Origin: Bdellovibrionales bacterium
GTDB taxonomy: Bacteria; Bdellovibrionota; Bdellovibrionia; Bdellovibrionales; JAGQZY01
Length of the DNA stretch: 64,000 bases
Direction of reading: 5' to 3'
Assembly: GCA_031426555.1 (NCBI GenBank)
Contig: JANPLN010000025.1
Location: 74,199-138,198 of the forward strand
This document shows, piece after piece, positions 9,587-19,531 of this stretch (positions are counted from its first letter, which is position 1; each line of letters begins with the position of its first letter). The notes beneath the pieces are model-generated. The model saw only the letters and a program-made list of their open reading frames with translations. It was not told the DNA's origin and made no database searches. Made by a program: the position numbers and the translations under genes.

Positions 9587-10450
9587 TTAGAAGTAAAACG
9601 TAGAGCCAATCGAATAGCGGGTTGTTTGCGAATCGTAGGTGAACAATTCGTAACGACCATCGATAATATAATTGTCGCCTTGCGAGTATCCCAAATACAT
9701 ACCAAACTTGTCGGTGAAGGAATAATTCGCCGATAGATCAATGCTGTAGCGGCCACCCGGGTTTTCTTCAACCCACCCATTAAAGTTGGTGCTGGTGTCG
9801 TACTCGCTGGCGGATTCATTCACGACGGAATACGAAAGGGTGGCGTTGAGTGAAAAGTTGTCTGTGACGTTGTAAGAGTTCACCATCGTTACACCGTACA
9901 AAAACAGCGCGAGCGGCCTCCCGCCTAGTTCGCCTTCTCCCGTCACATTGTAACGATACCAATTGTACCGATAGAAGGGTCGCAAGCTCACAAGCATCTT
10001 GCCGCGAATCATCGTGTTGATTTGCACCGTCTGCCCCACGGTCAGATACTTTTGATTGTCTTGAGATTCGATGGAGGTTGGTAAATTAAGCACGTTCACT
10101 AAACGGAAGCGTGTTCCCGTCTGTTCAACCGTCCACGGCATGTTCCAAAAATGCGAAACAATGGTGTCTGACGGCGACCATTCATTTTCTCCCCGAGTTC
10201 CGCCCACTTCATAATTTTTGGTCGGTGCCTGTAGCACCCGAAGTGAGTGTTGTTGATTGAGCTGATAGTCAAAAAACGTCGTTATGTCCGTCGCAGCAAA
10301 TTGATCATCTCGGGCGGCAGGCTGATGGTTCACATCAAAAAGAATATGCCATTTTTTCGCCTGCGCCTGGTTGGTCACATCACTCGTCGCCACATTCGCA
10401 GCTTGAGCGATGGATCCCAACAAAAATAAAACGCAAAAACTTCTTATCAA
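9587..10450 (-). CDS. Outer-membrane beta-barrel protein
   Basis: Signal peptide (..IAQA|A); alternating aromatic strands; C-terminal YSIGSTFYF; TTG start overlaps upstream TGA. Confidence 0.65.
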   Translation of the reverse strand: MIRSFCVLFLLGSIAQAANVATSDVTNQAQAKKWHILFDVNHQPAARDDQFAATDITTFFDYQLNQQHSLRVLQAPTKNYEVGGTRGENEWSPSDTIVSHFWNMPWTVEQTGTRFRLVNVLNLPTSIESQDNQKYLTVGQTVQINTMIRGKMLVSLRPFYRYNWYRYNVTGEGELGGRPLALFLYGVTMVNSYNVTDNFSLNATLSYSVVNESASEYDTSTNFNGWVEENPGGRYSIDLSANYSFTDKFGMYLGYSQGDNYIIDGRYELFTYDSQTTRYSIGSTFYF

Positions 10451-13400
10451 AGCAGTCCCCCGCTCATGATAGAGTAGATGTAATAAAGCTCTTGGAGATC
10501 TAGCTTTCCTTCAACCGTTGAAAGTTGGGAATCTTCATCCTGTTTGATTCCTTTATAGATATCAAATGCGTAAGGGCTGCCCTGCTTGGAGAACATATAG
10601 TAATTGGAATTCACTCCAACAATAGCCACTTCCTCGCCCGGTTTAAAATCAAAATCCTTCGACGTTTTTAATGTGACAAGGTTGGCTACTTTGTCATTCT
10701 CGTTTTCAAACTTGTAATCAAAGTAATCAGCCAGCTCTAAAATCGTGAAGCGCTTGATTTTGATTTTCTCGATAAAGCTTTCCATGGCTCGGTTTGAAAA
10801 ATTCATCGCCGACTGCGCGTACAATTGACGTCCGTAGGAAATAAACCATGGCTCCATATCCACCCGCTGAGTCACAATGTTCTCCAACACCTTATGCATC
10901 AACGATTCAAACTCAGGATGATTGATATACGTCATATACGAAGCATACAGCTGCACACGATTTGGGTTGTAATAAATCTGATCATCGCCCGCCAAAAAGT
11001 ACATGGCTGCCAATTTATCATTAGCAATACCCATTCTTTGTAAAGCTCCAGAGCCCAACTCATAAACACTGCGATACGGTTTATCGGTGTTCTTTTGTGT
11101 GAGCACTGACTGGAAAAACGCGATGGCCAACTTATTCGCTTGTTTAAGCTCTCGATCAAAAGAGATCAAGATGTCATCTTGCTCAAACTTGTTGTTAATG
11201 TTCATTTCTTTTAGAACATCTTTTACGTTGGTATCGTAAAATGCTCCCCGCCACATGGGTAGGAACTCCTTCATCTCTTTCATCAGAGTCAAAATGCCGC
11301 GCATGTAACCCGAGGTGTACCAGTACTGGCGATCAAAACGGTAGTTCCGAGTGTAGTATCCGTCTTCGTAGGTGTCGATCAACGACATCATGATTTCTGT
11401 TGGCGTTGATCCGATGTCGAAGCGATTGCAAACTGCACTGGTGATCGTGTGCTCATCCGAGCAGTACAAGTAATGCTTTTTATCAAAATCATCGATTTTG
11501 CCAGAGCTGTAGGCGAAGGCGAGAGCCGCCACGTCGTAGGGCTCCCAATCTTGCGTTGTGAAGAACTCATCTTGCAAACGAAGATAGTCCATCACCGACG
11601 AAGAAACTGTGGGCCAGTAAACAGGATTTCCGCTGCCATCAACAACGCCAACCGTTTTTTCGATAATCGGGCGACCATCTTCGAGCTTCAAACTGCCATC
11701 CGCTTTTTTCGCAAACACCGCTTCAAATTTAGGTACAGAAGGCTGCAAAAAGTTTTTCTTATCCACAGATCCGTAAAAATTATGGCGAAGATTCAGGTTG
11801 TGACCCAACTCATGAATAGATGTGCGGTAAATAATATTTTCCGCAATTTTATCCGTTGAAAAACCATGAATAAAATACTGCTCAACGCCAGCAAAGGAGC
11901 CTTCCATGGAAAGCTTGCAATGGCCGCGATAGTTTTGGCGCACTGATTCTAACTCATGCTTTTCGTACTCACCCATCTCGTAAGTGAGCTGTTTTAGAGC
12001 GTTCACATCCAAACTTTTTAAATGAGCTGGGAGATTTTTGTTCAACACAGAATCTTCGATGGCTGTGTAGCTGATAATTCCCGATGGTGGCTGGAGAGTC
12101 ATAGACTGCTCGAGTTCCGTCTTCATCATTTCGTTGAGTTTGTGGGGAAGAAGATGCTTTTCGATCCCCTTCACACCCATAAGACCCTGCGGTGTTAACT
12201 TTTGTTCAACAAAACCATCTTCGCTGGGAGTATCGACAACCACTTCGACCGGGCCCACTGTGCCCTGGGTAAACATATTCCAACCTGGGTATGTGTACAC
12301 AGTGTGAGTCATCATTTTGTCGTACACTTTATCCAAAGTGGCGCTGCCCCACTCCGATGTGGCCCACTGTGAAGGATCTGGTTGCTCTAAAAGTTCCTTC
12401 ATGTCTTTGTAGAGAGTGGACGTATTCCATTTCAATTGCGATTGTAGATCAGCTTCCGAAGCGTCGCGGAAATAGCTGAGTTCTAAACGGCGCAGATAAT
12501 TCGTGATCATACCCGACCACACGTTGAGATTCGCCGAAATGATTTCCCCAGTGAATGGATCCGCATCTGATGGGCCATAGCCCAGTGGTGCACTTGGATC
12601 CAGCTCTTCCACCAAGTTTACAAATGAGTAACGAAGATCGCCGAATTCTTTCGCTACGCCTGTGCGAGCTTCTGTTTTGGGATCAAAATCGTTCTCTTTG
12701 ACATAGAAACGTATTGGCAAGCCTTTGTTAATAAAGACCTGATTTGTTTTCTTGAAGATATCTTCAAAAATATATTTGTATTTTTGGGGGAAATCTTTGG
12801 TGTAGTAAAAATAGTGGGCTTTTTCAGGATGCCAGCGGTTCACCAAAAACAGGTTTCTTTTCTCGCCATTGACAAGCTCTTCCTTGGTGGACTGAAAGTA
12901 TCCATACTTGCGCATCCGTGGATCTTGCTCCCCCGCGTAAACCATGGGCTCGTAATCCGTTTTTTCGACTTTGCGGAAAGAGTATCTGTATTGAACCGAA
13001 TAGTTGATCTGCCCGTTGATGGAGTTGTCTACAGAGGGGCACGAACGTTTATAAAGCACCTCAACCACAAAACTAATGTAGCCCGGCTCCATGGTATAAG
13101 TGTTGTCAACACGGCGACGGGTCTGCTCTTCCCAGCATCGCCCAAGGTCGCCAATCAAAGCGCCCTCTTCGGTAACGTCTGCCACAGCGAAGTCGATTTT
13201 AATAAAGTTTTTTTGATCCCATTTTTTAATATCGTCTTCGATTTCCTTGTTGATGGTCTTTCCATCAACTTGTTGAAGAGCCGCTTGGTGATGCGTGATG
13301 GGCCACGAATACACAATGGGACTCCCAGTGAGCGATGTTTCCCGGCCTCGATAAGCGCCTTGAATGCTCTTAAAGAGAAGGTTTTTTTCGGTAAAATCAA

Positions 13401-13638
13401 AATATCCTACGCGCAGATCCGATTGGTAGCCGGCAAAAATAAAACCGCCATCCAAAGAGTTTTGCACAACTGTGATTTTTGAATAGTAGGCATCGCGTGT
13501 GTCCGATGTCGTTCCCAAAAGAGAGTTTTTCGAAACCCAGTCTTTTTTAATTTCGGGACGTAGACCATCCACTCCACGATTTCGCGAGCAGGCAACAAAA
13601 GATAAACCAATGAGTAATAGAAGACCTAAGTTTTTCAT
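10447..13638 (-). CDS. Large lipoprotein zinc metalloprotease (Met-zincin, EcxA/DUF4953-like)
   Basis: Lipobox FVAC; GYGPSDADPFTGEIISAN; HELGHNLNLRHNF zinc motif; SSVMDY Met-turn. Confidence 0.85.
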   Translation of the reverse strand: MKNLGLLLLIGLSFVACSRNRGVDGLRPEIKKDWVSKNSLLGTTSDTRDAYYSKITVVQNSLDGGFIFAGYQSDLRVGYFDFTEKNLLFKSIQGAYRGRETSLTGSPIVYSWPITHHQAALQQVDGKTINKEIEDDIKKWDQKNFIKIDFAVADVTEEGALIGDLGRCWEEQTRRRVDNTYTMEPGYISFVVEVLYKRSCPSVDNSINGQINYSVQYRYSFRKVEKTDYEPMVYAGEQDPRMRKYGYFQSTKEELVNGEKRNLFLVNRWHPEKAHYFYYTKDFPQKYKYIFEDIFKKTNQVFINKGLPIRFYVKENDFDPKTEARTGVAKEFGDLRYSFVNLVEELDPSAPLGYGPSDADPFTGEIISANLNVWSGMITNYLRRLELSYFRDASEADLQSQLKWNTSTLYKDMKELLEQPDPSQWATSEWGSATLDKVYDKMMTHTVYTYPGWNMFTQGTVGPVEVVVDTPSEDGFVEQKLTPQGLMGVKGIEKHLLPHKLNEMMKTELEQSMTLQPPSGIISYTAIEDSVLNKNLPAHLKSLDVNALKQLTYEMGEYEKHELESVRQNYRGHCKLSMEGSFAGVEQYFIHGFSTDKIAENIIYRTSIHELGHNLNLRHNFYGSVDKKNFLQPSVPKFEAVFAKKADGSLKLEDGRPIIEKTVGVVDGSGNPVYWPTVSSSVMDYLRLQDEFFTTQDWEPYDVAALAFAYSSGKIDDFDKKHYLYCSDEHTITSAVCNRFDIGSTPTEIMMSLIDTYEDGYYTRNYRFDRQYWYTSGYMRGILTLMKEMKEFLPMWRGAFYDTNVKDVLKEMNINNKFEQDDILISFDRELKQANKLAIAFFQSVLTQKNTDKPYRSVYELGSGALQRMGIANDKLAAMYFLAGDDQIYYNPNRVQLYASYMTYINHPEFESLMHKVLENIVTQRVDMEPWFISYGRQLYAQSAMNFSNRAMESFIEKIKIKRFTILELADYFDYKFENENDKVANLVTLKTSKDFDFKPGEEVAIVGVNSNYYMFSKQGSPYAFDIYKGIKQDEDSQLSTVEGKLDLQELYYIYSIMSGGLL

Positions 13639-15827
13639 TATTGAACCTCGTTGTTCGGTGCGTAGATTGTGGCAGAAACCATCTCTTCTTGATCAAATCC
13701 GATACGCAAACGGTCGTTGGGGAAGTAGACGTTCACCAATCGACCATTTCCGCCGGTGTCTTTTTTGCTCAAGTAAACACAACCTGGAATTTTTGCTAAC
13801 TCTGCAATAAATTTAGAACTGTTCATCCCAAACTCGGGGGCAAATTTTTGCCCACAAAGGTCAAGAATTTTTGTGCTATTTAACTGAGTCGTCACACTGA
13901 CAACTTTGTAAATACGCGTCGGAGGAAAGGCTTCTTCTTTCACAAGCTTCATTCCCACACCGATGTTAAGACTTCCAAAATTCGCATAGGCCACATCTTG
14001 AGGCATTTCTTTCTCGGGGCTAAAGGACACATCAATGGTGGCACGATCACTGTAACCCGCGCGCACTTTAGGATAAAATAACAGTAGGTCCTCATCTCTT
14101 TTCATGCCGCTTTGAACTTCAATACTGGCTTCGCTGCGTCCCAAGTCCCAATCGGTCACATTCACTTGGTCGCCAATAGCCACTCCAGAAAGTTCTGTAA
14201 ATGTGGATAGCTTGCCAGGCACCATCACTGGTGACCCGTCGGGGTTCTTTAATTCTTTACCGGTTACAGCTGAAATTGCAGGGACCACGCCTGTGACCTT
14301 TTCGATGGGTGATGCAATCTCACCAAAAATTAACGGATCCAGTGCATTGAACTCACCACCCAGTTTGATCATTATAAAACTGGTTAGATTTCCTTGCTCT
14401 TCTTCGGCACCGAACTGAATAAACAAACCATCATTGGCCGTTTTGTCGTAGACGATAATATTTGCCGTGTATTCTTTAATCTCTGGTCGTTGAAAAGCCC
14501 CTATAAAGCGCGTCACCACGACGGCGCTGGGATAGGTTGTCTTCATCTCTGCAGCGATCAAGTCTTTGAGTTTTTCAACAAAAGAACGAACGTTTTTGGG
14601 GTTCAGACCGAGGCTGATTTTTAAGGGTTGTTCTCGGCGATCCACAGTTTCTTGAAACGACGTGATCTCGCCCACCGCTGACGCTCGGACCTCCACACCA
14701 CTCGCGGTCTCTGTCACCACGATCTGGCGATTTCCTAAAGTGATCGCATTTGGGTAGCCACTCCAAACCTGAATCACATTCATCTTATCGCTGGCTAAGG
14801 GTTGTAAAGCGCTGCGATCAAAAACAGTTTTTTGATAAGCCAAAGCTGTACCGTTATAGCTGCGACTGAAAGAGTCATAGGACACGCTGGTTTTAACTCT
14901 CTGGAGCACCAAAGGATCTGCAATAAGATCCGAAATTTTTTGTTCGATATCAGCATAGGTCTGACCTAGCTCGATGGTCGCGGCAACCGGCGTCGGAGTT
15001 GCTGCTTGATTGGGTATGAGCAAACTACCGGTCAAAAGATTTAAATCAAAAGCGAGCGTGGGTTTAGGATCTAACAGTCGCGATATGTAGACAACGAAGC
15101 GATCTTTGCTGATCAGCCAAGACATTTTTCCAGAAATCGAAAACACAAAATCTTTTTGCGATTTATTACCCCAGATAACTTGGCATGTGTTCTCGGAAAG
15201 ACAATTATAAGTCTCCGAGGTTTTTTCCATGATTCTGTAATAATCGACCGCGATCTCTTGGGCACCTTCGAGAGTATCCACTTTGTAACCAAGTCGGCCA
15301 AAATCAAAACCCATTTTGATCGGTTGTAACGGTGTTGGCATTGGAATTTCGCCTAGATAATCTTGCTGAGTTTGAATAAAAATCGGCGTGCGTGGAGTTT
15401 CTTCGCGCCATACAATATAGAGTCCTTCGTAGTAAAGGGCATTCCCGTTCACATCGGGACCATAGCTGGCGCGCGATAGCAACTTCTTCTCTTCGACTTC
15501 GTCCAGAGTTGTATCAAAGGTAATTCCACCGGCACCTTTGCCGTAAAGAATCGGCAGCGACGATGTGGCTTTGATTTTTGCATCGTAGGCAAATCCGCCT
15601 TCGGCATCTTCCGTCGAAATCGGCATTTCCAAAAGATCTTTTGCCGAAACTTGTTTGCCATTCACTTCGATCACTAAAGCTTTTTCATATTGCTGATCGG
15701 TAGGAACAGCCTTCTCAAGCACTATCGGAGCTGGAGTCGGTGCTTTGGTGTCGTACGCTTTCGGCGATTTTGAGCAAGCGGCAAGACTCGCCAACGCAAA
15801 AAACAGAAATATTGATTTTATAGACAT
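13638..15827 (-). CDS. Large hypothetical lipoprotein
   Basis: Lipobox LAAC; 729 aa; TAATG stop/start overlap with the zincin gene. Confidence 0.75.
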   Translation of the reverse strand: MSIKSIFLFFALASLAACSKSPKAYDTKAPTPAPIVLEKAVPTDQQYEKALVIEVNGKQVSAKDLLEMPISTEDAEGGFAYDAKIKATSSLPILYGKGAGGITFDTTLDEVEEKKLLSRASYGPDVNGNALYYEGLYIVWREETPRTPIFIQTQQDYLGEIPMPTPLQPIKMGFDFGRLGYKVDTLEGAQEIAVDYYRIMEKTSETYNCLSENTCQVIWGNKSQKDFVFSISGKMSWLISKDRFVVYISRLLDPKPTLAFDLNLLTGSLLIPNQAATPTPVAATIELGQTYADIEQKISDLIADPLVLQRVKTSVSYDSFSRSYNGTALAYQKTVFDRSALQPLASDKMNVIQVWSGYPNAITLGNRQIVVTETASGVEVRASAVGEITSFQETVDRREQPLKISLGLNPKNVRSFVEKLKDLIAAEMKTTYPSAVVVTRFIGAFQRPEIKEYTANIIVYDKTANDGLFIQFGAEEEQGNLTSFIMIKLGGEFNALDPLIFGEIASPIEKVTGVVPAISAVTGKELKNPDGSPVMVPGKLSTFTELSGVAIGDQVNVTDWDLGRSEASIEVQSGMKRDEDLLLFYPKVRAGYSDRATIDVSFSPEKEMPQDVAYANFGSLNIGVGMKLVKEEAFPPTRIYKVVSVTTQLNSTKILDLCGQKFAPEFGMNSSKFIAELAKIPGCVYLSKKDTGGNGRLVNVYFPNDRLRIGFDQEEMVSATIYAPNNEVQ

Positions 15828-16188
15828 TAAATTTTCCCCCTGAAATCATTGTAGAATCCCGAGCAAGTTAAACTGTTTTGTGAGCACTTAGTCAATATTG
15901 TGTCAGGGCGGTGACACTTCTTGTAAAAATGATAGTTTTTGTAAGATTTGATTATTAACTCGAATCTACAGGCGATTGAGTGATTTTCGTTGGCTTGGCG
16001 CTTGCTACTGCTTATGGTAGGTATTAATAAGTTTTGGGGAGTATTTAAGATGATGTTAGTTTTATCGGCAGTGTTTTCCTTGGTTTTCATCGTATCGACT
16101 GAATCTTTGGCGGCAGGAATTCTCGCGTCGTCGCTATGGATCTTAGCCTCTTTTATGATGTTTTAAGCGTTTTTAAGGATTCAGCTTC

Positions 16189-17199
16189 GTGAAAATACTA
16201 ATTATTCGACTCTCTAGTTTTGGGGATATTCTCCAGGCGCAAGCCTGCCTACAAAACATCTACGACCACAATCCCAATGCGATGATCGCCCCTTCAATCG
16301 ATTGGCTCGTGCGCTCGGACTTTAAAGACCTTCTGCGAGAACAACCCCTGAATCACGTTTTCGCCCTCGAGCGCAAAGGTGGATTCATTGCTTTGCTTAA
16401 GATGATCCGGCAAATGAGCGATACGCCCTACACGCACATTTATGATGCCCACAATAATTTACGTTCCTTCTGGGTGCGCTTTCTTCTGCCGCTTTTTATT
16501 TTTTTCCGCCACGGTCTTCTTCCCCGCGTTTTGGTTCGCAGCAAAAATCGCTGGCGGCGGTTTTTATTTTTTAAACTTCGACAGCCCGTGTTTCAAATGC
16601 CGTTTCGCGGGAGTTGTTCGTTTTTAACTCCCTTAGCAAACTGGGGAATGTCTCCAGAGTTTCAACAGCGCGCCCATTGGAAGACCACCACTAAAGTTCC
16701 GGTCCATCTTAACCCGCGTTTTATCGCCATTGCTCCGTCTGCCGCGTGGAAAACCAAACGCTGGCCCGTGGGCTTTTGGAAAAAACTCGTTGAGCTTTTG
16801 CCCAATGAATCCTTCGTGGTGCTCGGCGGGCCCGATGATACCTTTTGCGAGGAAATTGCTCGCACAGCACCTCATCGCGTGTTTAACTCTGCAGGCAAAT
16901 TTTCGCTGCTTGAAAGCTGTGCCGCTGTTCGCGATGCGCAGTTGACCATCTCCGGCGACACCGGGATCCTGCACGCTGCAGATCAGATGCGGAGACTCAA
17001 TATTGGCCTGATCGGCCCCACTGCCTTTGGTTACACGAGCCAAAACCTCTCCGTGGTTCTCGAAACCCAGCTGCCTTGCAAACCGTGCAGCAAAGACGGG
17101 CGCGATCCATGTATAAATACGGTTTTTCAAAAATGCATGATCGAAATCACCCCCGAAAAAGTGGCCCACGCCGCAAAACTTTTGTTGGGACCGCAATGA
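16189..17199 (+). CDS. Glycosyltransferase family 9 (LPS heptosyltransferase-like)
   Basis: KILIIRLSSFGD; APSAAWKTKRWP; SGDTGILHAA; C-terminal CKPC..C..C. Confidence 0.9.
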   Translation: MKILIIRLSSFGDILQAQACLQNIYDHNPNAMIAPSIDWLVRSDFKDLLREQPLNHVFALERKGGFIALLKMIRQMSDTPYTHIYDAHNNLRSFWVRFLLPLFIFFRHGLLPRVLVRSKNRWRRFLFFKLRQPVFQMPFRGSCSFLTPLANWGMSPEFQQRAHWKTTTKVPVHLNPRFIAIAPSAAWKTKRWPVGFWKKLVELLPNESFVVLGGPDDTFCEEIARTAPHRVFNSAGKFSLLESCAAVRDAQLTISGDTGILHAADQMRRLNIGLIGPTAFGYTSQNLSVVLETQLPCKPCSKDGRDPCINTVFQKCMIEITPEKVAHAAKLLLGPQ

Positions 17200-18443
17200 C
17201 CTTTGCCTACCGAATGATTTATTTTGTCGTTGTGCGGATGCTATTACCGCTGCTCCATGGCGTGAACGATAAGGTGGCGCGCGGATACCAACTGCGCCAA
17301 CCACAAAATGGCAAACTCCCCTGGCTCGCCACTCCAAAAGCGCTTCGCCCCCTTTGGATCCACTGTGCCTCGGGCGAGTTCGAATACGCGCTGCCGGTGA
17401 TTCGCGAAATTAAAAAAAACAATCCTTTGCAAAAAATCCTCGTGAGTTATTTTACTCCCACCTATGCGGAGCGAATGAAGGCCGAGCCCCTGGTGGACTT
17501 TGTTGTTCCCGCCCCCTGGGATGAGCCCGGAGTCATCAAAGAATTTATCGATCACCATCAGCCCACCGCGCTGTTGTTTGCGCGAACGGACTTGTGGTTT
17601 GAAATGAGTCGCCAGTGCTCGCTCCGTAAAATTCCGGTGATTGTATTTTCGATGACCTTTCAAAAAAAAATAAATCTTATGTTACAGATTTTTTTGCGCT
17701 GGCGCTGGCAGTTTGTGGATCATTTTTGGGTGGTGTCGGAGACAGATGCCGCGCAATTAAAAAAGCTTCTTCCCCAGGCGCAAACTGAAGTGGCTGGCGA
17801 CAGCCGCTACGACCAATGCCTTTACCGACTTTCGCAAAACAAAACACTGCCTTTTACAATTGCACAAAGCCCTCGCAAACTTATCATCGCTGGCTCCACC
17901 TGGCCCGAGGACGAAGCGGTTGTAATTCCCGCCATCAAAAAAACCACCGATTTGAGATGGATTGTTGTTCCCCACGAGAACACACCCACTCATTTGTCGC
18001 AGCTTGAGCAAAAGCTAAACGCCCAACAGATCGATTTTGTGCGATCAAGTCGCATCTCCGCCTGGGATGGAATGCAGGTTCTCGTCGTGGATCAGGTGGG
18101 ATTTTTAGCCGAGCTGTATGGGTTCGCTGATATGAGTTTTGTAGGTGGATCGTTTCGCAAGCAAGTGCACTCGGTGATGGAATCCTTGGCCTGTGGCTGT
18201 TTGACCTTCGTCGGACCGTTTTACAAAAACAATCGCGAGGCTATTGAATTTTCGTCGGAATTTTCGTCTGAATCCTCACCTGGTTCGCAACCGGCGGCGG
18301 TGCAGGTGGTGACGTCGTCAGACCAACTCACTCGCGGCATTCAGCACTTTGCGACCCAGTGGACAGCCTCCCATAGCAATGAGCTGCGGACGCGATTTGT
18401 ACAAAAAACTGGCGCCAGTAAGAAAATTGCCGCCAAAATTTAA
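17196..18443 (+). CDS. waaA: 3-deoxy-D-manno-octulosonic acid (Kdo) transferase
   Basis: WIHCASGE, AGDSRYD, AGSTWPEDE and FVGGSF..HSVME motifs; ATGA overlap with GT9 gene. Confidence 0.88.
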   Translation: MTFAYRMIYFVVVRMLLPLLHGVNDKVARGYQLRQPQNGKLPWLATPKALRPLWIHCASGEFEYALPVIREIKKNNPLQKILVSYFTPTYAERMKAEPLVDFVVPAPWDEPGVIKEFIDHHQPTALLFARTDLWFEMSRQCSLRKIPVIVFSMTFQKKINLMLQIFLRWRWQFVDHFWVVSETDAAQLKKLLPQAQTEVAGDSRYDQCLYRLSQNKTLPFTIAQSPRKLIIAGSTWPEDEAVVIPAIKKTTDLRWIVVPHENTPTHLSQLEQKLNAQQIDFVRSSRISAWDGMQVLVVDQVGFLAELYGFADMSFVGGSFRKQVHSVMESLACGCLTFVGPFYKNNREAIEFSSEFSSESSPGSQPAAVQVVTSSDQLTRGIQHFATQWTASHSNELRTRFVQKTGASKKIAAKI

Positions 18444-18470
18444 CGATAGTTTGGGCGCTCTTCCCGGGTC

Positions 18471-19004
18471 TTACAACTTTTGAATAAAAATAATAATTTC
18501 GCCGATGCGGATTCCAAACTTGGACATCACAGCGCGATTGATGAGATTCTTTTCGTCCACCAAAAACATGGAATCATCAAACGGCACATTGTAAACCGTT
18601 CCATCCACAGGAATTTTTAGAGTGTATTTCCAGTTCATCGCAAAACCGCTGGTCCCGCCATAGCCTGTTCCCTCAACATCGCTGGCGGTGCCTTCGTATT
18701 TATTATCGGCGGTTTTTTTAATCTTCCACTCGCGCTTTTGAATTTCCTTGTTATCAAAAAGAAATTCTTCCTTAAGAGTTCCCAGATTGCCGTTCCATTC
18801 GCCTTTCAATGTAGCAGTAAAGCGACGAGTGACCACGTGCGACCGACTCATCACCACTCCCCATGCCTTCATTTCACCGTTAAAAAAGCGATCCAACTCC
18901 AAACGAGGTCCTTTGTCTTTGTACGAATCCAGTGATGTAGCACAAGCACTCAACATAAATACTCCTAATAGATACTTCATAAAATGCATCATTTTGCGGT
19001 TCAT
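18471..19004 (-). CDS. DUF3833 family lipoprotein
   Basis: Lipobox LSAC; FFNGEMKAWG, RRF..L.G.W, FDD.MFL and KFGIRIGE motifs. Confidence 0.85.
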   Translation of the reverse strand: MNRKMMHFMKYLLGVFMLSACATSLDSYKDKGPRLELDRFFNGEMKAWGVVMSRSHVVTRRFTATLKGEWNGNLGTLKEEFLFDNKEIQKREWKIKKTADNKYEGTASDVEGTGYGGTSGFAMNWKYTLKIPVDGTVYNVPFDDSMFLVDEKNLINRAVMSKFGIRIGEIIIFIQKL

Positions 19005-19471
19005 TTTAAAAGGGCCTTTCGCAAGCGCGGCTCAGAGGTTTTTTCACTCAACCAGATCCCAAAAAAATAGTCTGCGAATTCTGGATCATCCACTTGGCCT
19101 AAAAAGCGACCGCCTAAACAAAACAAACTTTTTTTATCTTTGCCGACAAATCCAACCAGCGCATCACCAGACTTTACATCGGGAATAATTTTTTTAAGCT
19201 GTTCAATCCAGACCGTTAACTTTTGAACCGGCCCTCCCAGCTTCTTGATTTCTTTTTCCGTGGCCTCCACGATTTTCGCGCCGGCAATTTCGCGTTTGTA
19301 CTCTAATTTCAGTTGATACGGAGGCAAGGGGTAAGTTTCGTTGTAGCTGTAAGTGATGTCGTAGATATGAAAGCCCCAAACCTTAAAGGCGGCCTGGGCC
19401 TCTTTTTGAAGTGTTGTATGAGGACACTCCGAGGCCCAGGCATTAAAAATAAAAAGGAGTTTAACTAACAT
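19001..19471 (-). CDS. Chalcone-isomerase-like (Chalcone_3) exported protein
   Basis: FKVWGFHIYD, IIPDVKSGD and FFGIWLSEKTSEPRLRKALL; start taken at ATG 19471 (MLVKLLF signal), not the longer ORF. Confidence 0.85.
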   Translation of the reverse strand: MLVKLLFIFNAWASECPHTTLQKEAQAAFKVWGFHIYDITYSYNETYPLPPYQLKLEYKREIAGAKIVEATEKEIKKLGGPVQKLTVWIEQLKKIIPDVKSGDALVGFVGKDKKSLFCLGGRFLGQVDDPEFADYFFGIWLSEKTSEPRLRKALLK

Positions 19472-19531
19472 CAGACAATAGGGTATAATAAGTTTACGAA
19501 GTTGTAAACAATTATTTATTTGGAGCTCATA

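Noticed and set aside
12784..13482. Long antisense ORFs (e.g. 232 aa here, 234 aa at 16633-17337, 216 aa at 34445-35095)
   Set aside because: Shadow frames opposite well-supported genes; no motifs
15827..16090. 87 aa minus-strand ORF upstream of the lipoprotein operon
   Set aside because: AT-rich promoter region; the frame contains the next gene's SD and an operator-like palindrome; no protein features
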